In this document: piece by piece, positions 24,854-35,854 of the stretch
Position numbering within the stretch: the stretch's first letter is position 1
Layout of the letters: every line of letters begins with the position of its first letter
Assembly: GCF_963921235.1 (NCBI RefSeq)
Contig: NC_086097.1
Coordinates: forward strand, 84,136,001 to 84,200,000
Origin: Mobula hypostoma
Lineage: Eukaryota
Length of the DNA: 64,000 bases
Reading direction: 5' to 3'
The notes under the pieces: generated by a model
The model's database searches: none
What the model saw: the letters and a program-made list of their open reading frames with translations, nothing else
Told to the model about the DNA's origin: nothing
Translations under genes and position numbers: made by a program

Positions 24854-26954
24854 TGTTGTGTTTTTTATACATACTGTGGGTTACAAAGAACAAACCATAT
24901 TCTGGAAGAATTAAAACTAAAACTTTTATTTACAACAGCAAACAGCAACCACGTTTTTAATATACAAATTTCTAGATCATTCTGTCATTTCTGCGCATGC
25001 TCCGAACTCTGTCCAATCACGTTTTTACACGTGACATGTGATATCACCACATCTTCCTTTCCTTAAAAAGAAAAACAGTTAGCAACATTAACCAAAGCAA
25101 ATGCATGACTTAACATGTCTCTATCAGTCTCTCTGGGGGTTTACGAACATGGGTAGACCTTCTAAGTGATTCACATAGTTCTTGTGTTTCGTTGTTATTT
25201 CCTTGTTTTGTCTGGTCTGCATCAGTTAACTGAAACTGAAGTTGGCTTTTTCTTAAGGTCTTTGAGAAGAAATCGCAATTCATTTGTTAACTGTGTAATC
25301 TCTTTTTTATGCTGAGGCATCATCACTTCAATAAAACTTCTCTATTCCTTCACTTGTGCTTTCACTTCTTCAATTGGATCCTGACTCTTGTCACTCTTTG
25401 GCTTCAGATCAGTATTGTACTGTACCGGCAAGTTTGGCCTCTGTATGACTTCATACTCTTTTGTCAAGTCACTGTAGTCTGACTCTGTGTCACTGTCCAG
25501 GACTAAGACTATTTTCACCAAATTCAGTCTCTCACAGGCAGATAAACCCAGTACTAACTGTACATTTTTTGGCACGACCACAAATGAAAGCGTGTGCACC
25601 ATATTTTTGTGTGATACTTTTGCCACACATGTTTCTTTAACTGGAATGTCTACACCTGAATACCCAGTCACTTTTATATTTGTCTTATGTAACTTTGGTC
25701 TTGGCTTTAATGTATTAAACTCAGATTCGGCGAGAATATTTACTTGTGCTCCAGTATCCAGTTTAAACAAAATATTGTTTTGATTCACTTGCAATGGAGT
25801 AGTCCAGTTATTCTTATTTTGTTTGTTTTCACAATGCACATCTATATAAAACTCCTCATGTTCATTTTCAAGCACTGCATTTATGTGTTTTATTTCCTTT
25901 CTACTTCTGCAACAGCGTGAAAAGTGATTACTCTTACTGCAGGTGTTGCACATTTTCCGATATGCTGGACACTTTTTTAATGATGTTGCCGCCCACAGCG
26001 ATCACAAAGTTTTTTTCTTTCAGATGATGTCTTGCTCTCTGTCGGTTTCATTGTCGCTACATTATTTTTTCTAATATGTTCGCGCTTTACAGCGTCTACG
26101 CAGCTGTTATCGATAAAAAGCTCTTTAGCCTGCAACATCATGGTCTCAGAAGCTTTGCAGAGTGCCACAGCTTTTTCCAAATTCAAATCTTGTTCTAACA
26201 GTCTTTCTCTCAGACCATTATCCAGAATACCGCAAACAATTCTGTCTTTAATGACAGAGTCTGTAAGCTCTGCAAACTCGCATCTTTTACTGTGGTTTCT
26301 CAACTCTGTAACAAATTGATCAATCGTTTGGCCAGGTCTCTGCCAACATTTGAAAAATTTATAGTGCTCATACATCACATTACACTTCAGTATACAAAAT
26401 GCGTCAAATTTGTCGATTATCGCTTTTAGATTCAAATTATCTCCATTTTCAAAAGTAAAATGGTTATATACCTCAATTGAGTCATCCCTTATTACGTGGA
26501 GTAGAATTGCAGCTTTCATTTTTCTGTTTTATTATCTGCTCCGATCACCGATAAATAAATTTCAAAACGCTGTTTAAATCTTTTCCAGCTTTCAGCTGCA
26601 TTTCCAGTCAGCTGAAGCATCGATGGGGGTTGCAAAACTTCCATTTTTAAAGCTGTTTGCAAACAACGAAAAAGTTTGTGCTCTTTTCTTTCGATTATCT
26701 TCACTTCTCCCGTGTTAGCGAAAAGTATTATTCTTCCAGACCGACTTCTAACACCATGTTGTGTTCTTTATACGTACTGTGGGTTACTAAGAACAAACCA
26801 TATTCTGGAAGAATTAAAACTAGTACTTTTATTTACAACAGAAAACAGCAACCATGCATTTAACATACAAGTTTCTAGATCATTCTGTCATTTCTGTGCA
26901 TGCTCTGACCTCTGTCCAATCATATTCTTACATGTGACACGTGCTATCACCATA
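24854..26954 (-). mobile_element. Complete 2.1-kb non-autonomous Ty3/Gypsy LTR element (gag-protease only)
   Basis: 198-bp LTRs at 24854-25051 and 26757-26954 (21 mismatches by hand count). TSD GCAAT at 24849-24853 and 26955-26959. PBS TGGTGTTAGAAGTCGG at 26741-26756; PPT AAGGAAAGGAAGA at 25052-25064. Confidence 0.93.
25110..26644 (-). pseudogene. Frameshifted gag - zinc knuckle - aspartic protease - pol C-terminal tail
   Basis: Reads MEVLQPP..LTGNAAESWKRFKQRF, IKDRIVCGI, CDRCGRQH/CNTCSKSNHF and LFKLDTGAQVNIL, and ends LRRSTHVRKPPERLIETC*. Confidence 0.88.
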
Positions 26955-27049
26955 GCAATGAGAAAGGGGCATGTCCTTAGTGGTGGAAGTCCTTAACGAT
27001 GGATGCCACCTTTCTGAGGTATTGCCTTTTGAAAATAACTCCACCATGA

Positions 27050-27285
27050 ATGGTCCCAAGCCTGACTGAAAGGAGGAGGGTTGTGCATTCGGCTAGCAAC
27101 CCCATTCCATGAAAATCCAGCGTTATAGAAATGCTAACAGGAGCTCCAAAGACCTCATCGCTTGGAGAGCTAGAGAAGATGGGCTACACCTGGGGACAAC
27201 TTGAAAGATTGGCCAAGGGCAGAAAACTCTGGCGAGGTGCTGTCAGCAGCCTATGCCCAGTATGGGTAATGGGATTAAAACAAAA
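27050..27285 (+). mobile_element. RTE-related short element
   Basis: ELEKMGYTWGQLERLAKGRKLWRGAVSSLCP resembles the extreme C-terminus of RTE-type ORFs. Confidence 0.55.
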
Positions 27286-27637
27286 AAATGACCTCAATGG
27301 TGGGGGGTGGGCTCGTGTCCATAATGGAACTGGCTGAGTTTACAACCCTCTGCAGATTTTCTGATCCCATGAATTGGTGCCTTCATATCAGATGATGAAG
27401 ATGATGCAACCAGTTAGAATTCTCTCTGCAGCACAACTGTACTAGGTTCTTCGGTGATATACCAAATCTGCTCAAACTTCTCATTGAGTACACTCGGTGG
27501 CTGCTTTGTTAGGTACACCTGTTCGATAATGCAAATATCTAATTAACCAATCATGTGGCTGCACTCACTGCATAAACGCTTTCAGACATGTCAAGAGGTT
27601 CAGTTGTTCAAACCAAACATCAGAATGGGGAAGAAAT

Positions 27638-29599
27638 GTGATTGAAGTGCACCCGCGGCTGACAAGAGAAATTAGGGATAGTATCAATTCCAAAGAAGAA
27701 GCATACAAATTAGCCAGAGAAAGTGGCTCACCTGAGGACTGGGAGAAATTCAGAGTTCAGCAGAGGAGGACAAAGGGCTTAATTAGGAAGGGGAAAAAAG
27801 ATTATGAGAGAAAACTGGCAGGGAACATAAAAACTGACTGTAAAAGCTTTTATAGATATGTAAAAAGGAAAAGACTGGTGAAGACAAATATAGGTCCCCT
27901 GCAGACAGAAACAGGTGAATTGATTATGGGGAGCAAGGACGTGGCAGACCAATTGAATAATTACTTTGGTTCTGTCTTCACTAAGGAGGACATAAATAAT
28001 CTTCCAGAAATAGTAGGGGACAGAGGGTTCAGTGAGATGGAGGAACTGAGCGAAATACATGTTAGTAGGGAAGTGGTGTTAGGTAAATTGAAGGGATTGA
28101 AGGCAGATAAATCCCCAGGGCCAGATGGTCTGCATCCTAGAGTGCTTAAGGAAGTAGCCCAAGAAATAGTGGATGCATTAGTGATAATTTTTCAAAACTC
28201 GTTAGATTCTGGACTAGTTCCTGAGGATTGGAGGGTGGCTAATGTAACCCCACTTTTTAAAAAAGGAGGGAGAGAGAAACCGGGGAATTATAGACCGGTT
28301 AGCCTAACGTCGGTGGTGGGGAAACTGCTGGAGTCAGTTATCAAGGATGTGATAACAGCACATTTGGAAAGCGGTAAAATGATCGGACAAAGTCAGCATG
28401 GATTTGTGAAAGGAAAATCATGTCTGACGAATCTCATAGAATTTTTTGAGGATGTAACTAGTAGAGTGGATAGGGGAGAACCAGTGGATGTGGTATATTT
28501 GGATTTTCAAAAGGCTTTTGACAAGGTGCCACACAGGAGATTAGTGTGCAAACTTAAAGCACCCGGTATTGGGGGTAAGGTATTGGTGTGGGTGGAGAAT
28601 TGGTTAGCAGACAGGAAGCAAAGAGTGGGAATAAACGGGACCTTTTCAGAATGGCAGGCGGTGACTAGTGGGGTACCGCAAGGCTCAGTGCTGGGACCCC
28701 AGTTGTTTACAATATATATTAATGACTTGGATGAGGGAATTAAATGCAGCATCTCCAAGTTTGCGGATGACACGAAGCTGGGTGGCAGTGTTAGCTGTGA
28801 GGAGGATGCTAAGAGGATGAAGGGTGACTTGGTTAGGTTGGGTGAGTGGGCAAATTCATGGCAGATGCAATTTAATGTGGATAAATGTGAAGTTATCCAC
28901 TTTGGTGGCAAAAATAGGAAAACAGATTATTATCTGAATGGTGGCCGATTAGGAAAAGGGGAGGTGCAACGAGACCTGGATGTCATTATACACCAGTCAT
29001 TAAAATTGGGCATGCAGGTACAGCAGGCGGTGAAAAAGGCGGATGGTATGCTGGCATTTATAGCGAGAGGATTCGAGTACAGGAGCAGGGACATACTACT
29101 GCAGTTGTACAAGGCCTTGGTGAGACCACACCTGGAGTATTGTGTGCAATTTTGGTCCCCTAATCTGAGGAAAGACATCCTTGCCATAGAGGGAGTACAA
29201 AGAAGGTTCACCAGATTGATTCCTGGGATGACAGGACTTTCATATGAAGAAAGACTGGATGAACTGGGCTTGTACTCGTTGGAATTTAGAAGATTGAGGG
29301 GGGATCTGATTGAAACGTATAAGATCCTAAAGGGATTGGACAGGCTAGATGCAGGAAGATTGTTCCCGATGTTGGGGAGGTCCAGAACGAGGGGTCACAG
29401 TTTGAGGATAGAGGGGAAGCCTTTTAGGACCGAGATTAGGAAAAACTTCTTCACACAGAGAGTGGTGAATCTGTGGAATTCTCTGCCACAGGAAACAGTT
29501 GAGGCCAGTTCATTGGCCATATTGAAGAGGGAGTTAGATATGGCCCTTGTGGCTACGGGGATCAGGGGGTATGGAGGGAAGGCTGGGACGGGGTTCTGA
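27638..29599 (+). CDS. CR1 ORF2 reverse transcriptase, N-truncated (no endonuclease)
   Basis: 653 codons open with KSPGPDG, NYRPVSLTS, LDFQKAFDKV, GVPQGSVLGP and KFADD. The listed start is a GTG in flanking DNA, so expression is doubtful. Confidence 0.75.
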   Translation: MIEVHPRLTREIRDSINSKEEAYKLARESGSPEDWEKFRVQQRRTKGLIRKGKKDYERKLAGNIKTDCKSFYRYVKRKRLVKTNIGPLQTETGELIMGSKDVADQLNNYFGSVFTKEDINNLPEIVGDRGFSEMEELSEIHVSREVVLGKLKGLKADKSPGPDGLHPRVLKEVAQEIVDALVIIFQNSLDSGLVPEDWRVANVTPLFKKGGREKPGNYRPVSLTSVVGKLLESVIKDVITAHLESGKMIGQSQHGFVKGKSCLTNLIEFFEDVTSRVDRGEPVDVVYLDFQKAFDKVPHRRLVCKLKAPGIGGKVLVWVENWLADRKQRVGINGTFSEWQAVTSGVPQGSVLGPQLFTIYINDLDEGIKCSISKFADDTKLGGSVSCEEDAKRMKGDLVRLGEWANSWQMQFNVDKCEVIHFGGKNRKTDYYLNGGRLGKGEVQRDLDVIIHQSLKLGMQVQQAVKKADGMLAFIARGFEYRSRDILLQLYKALVRPHLEYCVQFWSPNLRKDILAIEGVQRRFTRLIPGMTGLSYEERLDELGLYSLEFRRLRGDLIETYKILKGLDRLDAGRLFPMLGRSRTRGHSLRIEGKPFRTEIRKNFFTQRVVNLWNSLPQETVEASSLAILKRELDMALVATGIRGYGGKAGTGF

Positions 29600-29699
29600 G
29601 TTGGATGATCAGCCATGATCATAATAAATGGCAGTGCAGGCTCGAAGGGCTGAATGGCCTACTCCTGCACCTATTTTCTATGTTTCTATGTTTCTATGT
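27650..29699 (+). mobile_element. Young 5'-truncated CR1 LINE
   Basis: Open RT frame, (TTTCTATG)n tail, and short TSD AAGTG at 27645-27649 and 29700-29704. Confidence 0.95.
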
Positions 29700-30363
29700 A
29701 AGTGACTTTGACCATGGAATAATTGATGGTGCCAGACTGTGTAGATTGAGTATCTCAGAAACTGCTGATCTCCTGGGGTTTTCACACAAAACAGTCTCTA
29801 AATTTTACAAAGAAATAGTGCGAAAAATAAAAAAATATCCAGTGAGAGGCAGTTCTGTAGGCAAAACTGCCTTGTAATTGAGAGAGGTCAACTGGTTCAA
29901 TCTGATAGAAGGTCGACGGTAACTCAAATAACCACGCATTATAACAGTGGTGTGCAGAACAGCATCTCTGAATGCACAGCACGTCAATCCTTGAAGTGGA
30001 TGGGCTACGGCACCTGAAGGTCATGAACATACACTCAGTATTTGGTATTGAATAAAGTTGCCACTGAGCATATGTCTAGTTTTTTCTACACTAAGCCTTT
30101 CCCCTGATTTAACACTAGCCTAATCATGGGATAATTTACAATGACCAATTAACCTACTAACTGGTATATCTTTGGACCGTGGCTGCACAGAATGCTATAC
30201 TGCAGCTGAAAGCAGCCCAAACCGGCTCTTCCATTTTGCACAGAAGGGCTTTGATTATTTGAAGCTCAGAAACATAGAAACATAGAAAATAGGTGCAGGA
30301 GTAGGCTATTCGGCCCTTCGAGCCTGCACCGCCATTTATTATGATCATGGCTGATCATCCAAC

Positions 30364-33303
30364 TCAGAACCCTGCCCCAGCCTTCCCTCCATACCCCCTG
30401 ACCCCCGTAGCCACAAGGGCCATATCTAACTCCCTCTTAAATATAGTCAATGAACTGGCCTCAACTGTTTCCTGTGGCAGAGAATTCCACAGATTCACCA
30501 CTCTCTGTGTGAAGAAGTTTTTCCTAATCTCGGTCCTAAAAGGCTTCCCCTTTATCTTCAAACTGTGGCCCCTTGTTCTGGACTTACCCAACATCGGGAA
30601 CAATCTTCCTGCATCTAGCTTGTCCAATCCCTTTAGGATTTTATACGTTTCAATAAGATCCCCCCTCAATCTTCTAAATTCCAACGAGTACAAGCCCAGT
30701 TCATCCAGTCTTTCTTCATATGAAAGTCCTGTCATCCCAGGAATCAATCTGGTGAACCTTCTTTGTACTCCCTCTATGGCAAGGATGTCTTTCCTCAGAT
30801 TAGGGGACCAAAACTGCACACAATATTCCAGGTGTGGTCTCACCAAGGCCTTGTACAACTGCAGTAGTACCTCCCTGCTCCTGTACTCGAATCCTCTCGC
30901 TATAAATGCCAGCATACCATTCGCCTTTTTCATAGCCTGCTGTACCTGCATGCCCACTTTCAATGACTGGCGTATAATGACACCTGGGTCTCGTTGCACC
31001 TCCCCTTTTCCTAAGCGGCCACCATTCAGATAATAATCTGTTTTCCTGTTTTTGCCACCAAAGTGGATAACCTCACATTTATCCACATTAAATTGCATCT
31101 GCCATGAATTTGCCCACTCACCTAACCCATCCAAGTCACCCTGCATCCTCTTAGCATCCTCTTCACAGCTAACACTGCCGCCCAGCTTCGTGTCATTCAC
31201 AAACTTGGAGATGCTGCATTTAATTCCCTCATCTAAGTCATTAATATATATTGTAAATAACTGGGGTCCCAGCACTGAGCCTTACGGTACCCCACTAGTC
31301 ACTGCCTGCCATTCTGAAAAGGTCCCGTTTATTCCCACTCTTTGCTTCCTGTCTGCCAACCAATTCTCTATCCACATCAATACCTTACCCCCACTACTGT
31401 GTGCTTTAAGTTTGCACACTAATCTCCTGTGTGGGATCTTGTCAAAAGCCTTATGAAAATCCAAATATACCACATCCACTGGTTCTCCCCTATCCACTCT
31501 ACTAGTTACATCCTCAAAAAAATTCTATGAGATTCGTCAGACATGATTTTCCTTTCACAAATCCATGCTGACTTTGTCCGATGATTTCACCGCTTTCCAA
31601 ATGTGCTGTTATCACATCTTTGATAACTGACTCTAGCATTTTCCCCACCACCAATGTTCGGCTAACCGGTCTATAATTCCTCGGTTTCTCTCTCCCTCCT
31701 TTTTTAAAAGGTGGGGTTACATTAGCGACCCTCCAATCCTCAGGAACTAGTCCAGAATCTAAAGAGTTTTGAAAAATTATCACTAATGCATCCACTATTT
31801 CTTGGGCTACTTCCTTAAGCACTCTGGGATGCAGACTATCTGGTCCTGGGGATTTATCTGCCTTTAATCCCTTCAATTTACCTAACACCACTTCCCTACT
31901 AACATGTATTTCCCTCAGTTCCTCCATCTCACTGAACCCTCTGTCCCCTACTATTTCCGGAAGATTGTTTATGTCCTCCTTAGTGAAGACAGAACCAAAG
32001 TAATTATTCAATTGGTCTGCCACGTCCTTGCTTCCCATAATCAATTCACCTGTTTCTGTCTGTAGGGGACCTACATTTGTCTTAACCAATCTTTTTCTTT
32101 TCACATATCTATAAAAGCTTTTACAGTCAGTTTTTATGTTCCCTGCCAGTTTTCTCTCATAATCTTTTTTCCCTTTCCTAATTAAGCCCTTCGTCCTCCT
32201 CTGCTGGACTCTTGAGTTTCTCCCAGTCCTCAGGTGAGCCACTTTTTCTGGCTAATTTGTATGCTTCTTCTTTGGAATTGATACGATCCCTAATTTCCCT
32301 TGTCAGCCACGGGTGCACTACCTTCCTTGATTTATTCTTTTGCCAAACTGGGATGAACAATTGTTGTAGTTCATCCATGCGATCTTTAAATGCTTGCCAT
32401 TGCATATCCACCGACAACCCTTTAAGTGTCATTTGCCAGTCTATCTTAGCTAATTCACGTCTCATACCTTCAAAGTTACCCTTCTTTAAGTTCAGAACCT
32501 TTGTTTCTGAATTAACTATGTCACTCTCCATCTTAATGAAGAATTCCACCATATTATGATCACTCTTACCCAAGGGGCCTCTCATGACAAGATTGCTAAT
32601 TAACCCTTCCTCATTGCTCAATACCCAGTCCAGAATAGCCTGCTCTCTAGTTGGTTCTTCGACATGTTGGTTCAAAAAAACCATCCTGCATACATTCCAA
32701 GAAATCTTCTTCCTCAGCACCCTTACCAATTTGGTTCACCCAATCTATATGTAGATTGAAGTCACCCATTATAACTGCTGTTCCTTTATTGCACGCATTT
32801 CTAATTTTCTGTTTAGTACCATCCCCAACCTCACTACTGCTGTTAGGTGGCCTGTACACAACTCCCACCAGCGTTTTCTGCCCCTTAGTGTTACGCAGCT
32901 CTACCCATATCGATTCCACACCCTCCCGGCTAATGTCCTTCCTTTCTATTGCGTTAATCTCCTCTCTAACCAGCAATGCTACCCCACCTTCTTTTCTTTC
33001 ATGTCTATCCCTCCTGAATATTGAATATCTCTGAATGTTGAGCTCCCATCCTTGGTCACCCTGGAGCCATGTCTCTGTGATCCCAACTCTATCATATTCA
33101 TTAATAACAATCTGCACCTTTAATTCATCCACCTTGTTACGAATGCTTCTTGCATTGACACACAAAGCCTTCAGGCTCGCTTTTACAACACTCTTAGCCC
33201 TTATACAATTATGTTGAAAAGTGGCCCTTTTTGATTTTTGCCCTGGATTTGCCGGCCTGCCACTTTTACTTTTCACCTTCCTACTTTTTGCTTCTACCCT
33301 CAT
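30364..33303 (-). pseudogene. CR1 ORF2 (APE endonuclease + RT), broken into five frames
   Basis: Reads NARSIRNK, GITETWL, MGDFN, SDHN and KSPGPD. The catalytic FADD has mutated to FVND. Confidence 0.92.
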
Positions 33304-33404
33304 TTTATACCCCTCTGTCTCTCTGCACTTGTTCCCATCCCCCTGTTGTGGACTAACCTCCTCTCTCCTAGTCTCTTTAATTTGATTCCCACCCCCTAAC
33401 CATT

Positions 33405-34338
33405 CTAGTTTAAAGTCACCTCAGTAGCCCTCGCAAATCTCCCTGCCAGGATATTGGTCCCCCTAGGATTCAAGTGTAACCCGTCCTTTTTGTACAGGTC
33501 ACACCTGCGCCAAAAGAGGTCCCAATGATCCAAAAACTTGAATCCCTGCCCCCGCTCCAATCCCTCAGCCACGCATTTATCCTCCACCTCATTGTATTCC
33601 TACTCTCACTGTCGCGTGGCACAGGCAGTAATCCCGAGATTACTACCCTTGCGGTCCTTTTTCTCAACTCCCTTCCTAACTCCCTATATTCTCCTTTCAG
33701 GACCTCTTTCCTTTTCCTACCTATGTCATTGGTACCTATATGTACCACGACCTCTGGCTCCTCACCCTCCCACTTCAGGATGTCTTGGACGCGATCAGAA
33801 ATATCCCGGACCCTGGCACTAGGGAGGCAAACTACCATCCGGGTCTCTGGACTGCGTCCACATAATCGCCTGTCTGACCCCCTTACTATTGAGTCCCCTA
33901 TTACAACTGCCCTCCTCTTCCTTGCCCTACCCTTCTGAGCTACAGGGCCGGTCTCTGTGCCGGAGGCACGGCCACTGTCGCTTCCCCCAGGTAAGCTGTC
34001 CCCTTCAACAGTACTCAAACAGGAGTACCTATTGTCAAGGGGCACAGCCACCGGGTACTCTCTATTAGCTGACTCTTCCCCTTACCCCTCCTAACCGTGA
34101 CCCACTTGTCTGCCTGCCGTGGCCCCGGCGTGACCACCTGCCTGTAACTCCTCTCTATCAACTCCTCACTCTCCCTGACCAGACGAAGGTCATCGAGCTG
34201 CAGCTCCAGTACCCTAATGCAGTCCCTTAGGAGCTGCATCTCGGCTCAGCTGGCGCAGATGTGGATGTCCGGGAGGCTTGGAGACTCCAGGGCCTCCCAC
34301 ATCCGGCACCGAGAACAACAAGCTGCCCTCACACTCAT
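33405..34338 (-). pseudogene. CR1 ORF1 (zinc finger, coiled coil, SGNH/GDSL esterase), disrupted
   Basis: ATG at 34338 gives MSVRAACCSRCRMWE...HICAS*, followed by LELQLDDL, VIGDSIVRG, HIGTND and DGLHLN. Confidence 0.9.
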
Positions 34339-35854
34339 ACTGCCCCTCTCCTCAAATAACAACAAAAAATGAATACCAAACCTTCCTCGCCTCGCCCGTT
34401 TCCGCCTAAGCCCGTTGAGCCGAAGCCCTTAAGCCTTCACTCTGCTCCCGGCTCACTCCGCCGCCCGCAAACTACGCTGCCCGTTGTATAAGGCTCTGTT
34501 CCTTTTAAATCTTCCGTGCTTCACTCCCCGACGTCACACGCCTGTGCAGTCCTGCCTCTCTGAACGCCAATGGAAAAAAAAACCGAAAAATTCAGAAGTG
34601 GCTTCCTCCGCACTCCCGCTCAGATTCTCAGACCTCCTTCTCCGAACAAGCAAAGAGTGGGAATAAACGGGACCTTTTCAGAATGGCAGGCAGTGACTAG
34701 TGGGATACTGCAAGGCTCAGTGCTGGGTCCCCGGTTCTCAGCTTATACACTTTCTGAATACTAATCAAACTCAAACTTATAATTACTAAATGCAGATGGA
34801 GCCATAAGTATTTCCTTTCCAGAATATTGAGGGGATTAAATATTGTATCTGGCACCGCTGTGACACCTTTCAGAGTCAAATAGCTTGTTTTTTGCTCACC
34901 ATTTCCTTTTGAATGAAGTGTGCATGATGGCATCCCAACATCAGGGAAAATATTAGCTTCAGTAAGAGTAGAACCTGGGCCCTGCTGTGATGCTTTCCAA
35001 GGTCGAACACCATACTAACACTCATCACTTCCCTTTCAGTGAAATCTAGATGACTTCATCTTACCATACACCAGGGAAGGAATGAGATTAAATAGAACTA
35101 GAACATATAAACCAACTGAAGAAAGATAAACATTTTTCTCTGTACATATACATACACACACACATGTGAAGATCAGTACTTTGCAACTTGCAGCAGGGGG
35201 CAGTATTTGATGAAGCAGTGTTAGGCAGTGCGGGTGATGAAACTATTGCTAATTGTCATCATTACTGTGTGAAGGAAAAGCTGCTAGCGAACAACACTAC
35301 TGTGGGTGACATCCTCCAGGTGGTCCATGAAACAGTTTCTTTCATTTCTTTTACGCCTTCTTTTTCTTTTACTAAACATGGTTCTGGTACCGTTGGAACC
35401 TGTGATCTACAATTTGATGGTCTGTATTTGAGCCAATTGAGCGAACTTGTGCTTTGCTGAGGAGGTTCTCTCCATCTCACTCGCTGCTGCTGTAGGAAGG
35501 TTCCTGTGCTCGAACGACCTCTCTCCCTTGATGCTTGGTACCGGAGTTCTGGGTCTGCGGTTTCTGGTCTCTCCTGTTGTTATTTTGGGTGACTTTGAAT
35601 CGCAGTGGCCTGCAGATAATTTACACTGAGCTGAAATGAATAAGGACTCTTCGATTTTGTGTTTTAAATTCTGATTTTTCGCTCAATCTTTCTTATTGCT
35701 ATTCTCGTGATTTGCTTTCTGTGCTTGGGTGGGGGGGGGGTTGCATGATGTTTATCTTTGAACAGATTCCATGGTTTTCTTTGTTTCCTGGCTGTCCGTG
35801 GGGACGACGAGCCGCAGGGTTATACGTTGCATAGATACTTCGATAATAAATGTA

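Larger units (their letters stand above)
27491..30070. mobile_element. Tc1-derived element split by a CR1 insertion
   Basis: Termini TA|CACTCGGTGGCTGCTTTGTTAGGTAC and AATAAAGTTGCCACTGAG. The halves 27491-27649 and 29700-30070 rejoin to match the 14077-14703 family. Confidence 0.8.
30270..34645 (-). mobile_element. Near full-length CR1 LINE, inactivated
   Basis: GC-rich 5' UTR, ORF1, ORF2 and a (TTTCTATG)n tail. Same family as 27650-29699. Confidence 0.95.

Noticed and set aside
30341..31456. Long plus-strand ORFs (230 and 134 aa) as separate genes
   Set aside because: They are antisense shadows of CR1 ORF2 and are mirrored at 28507-29622.
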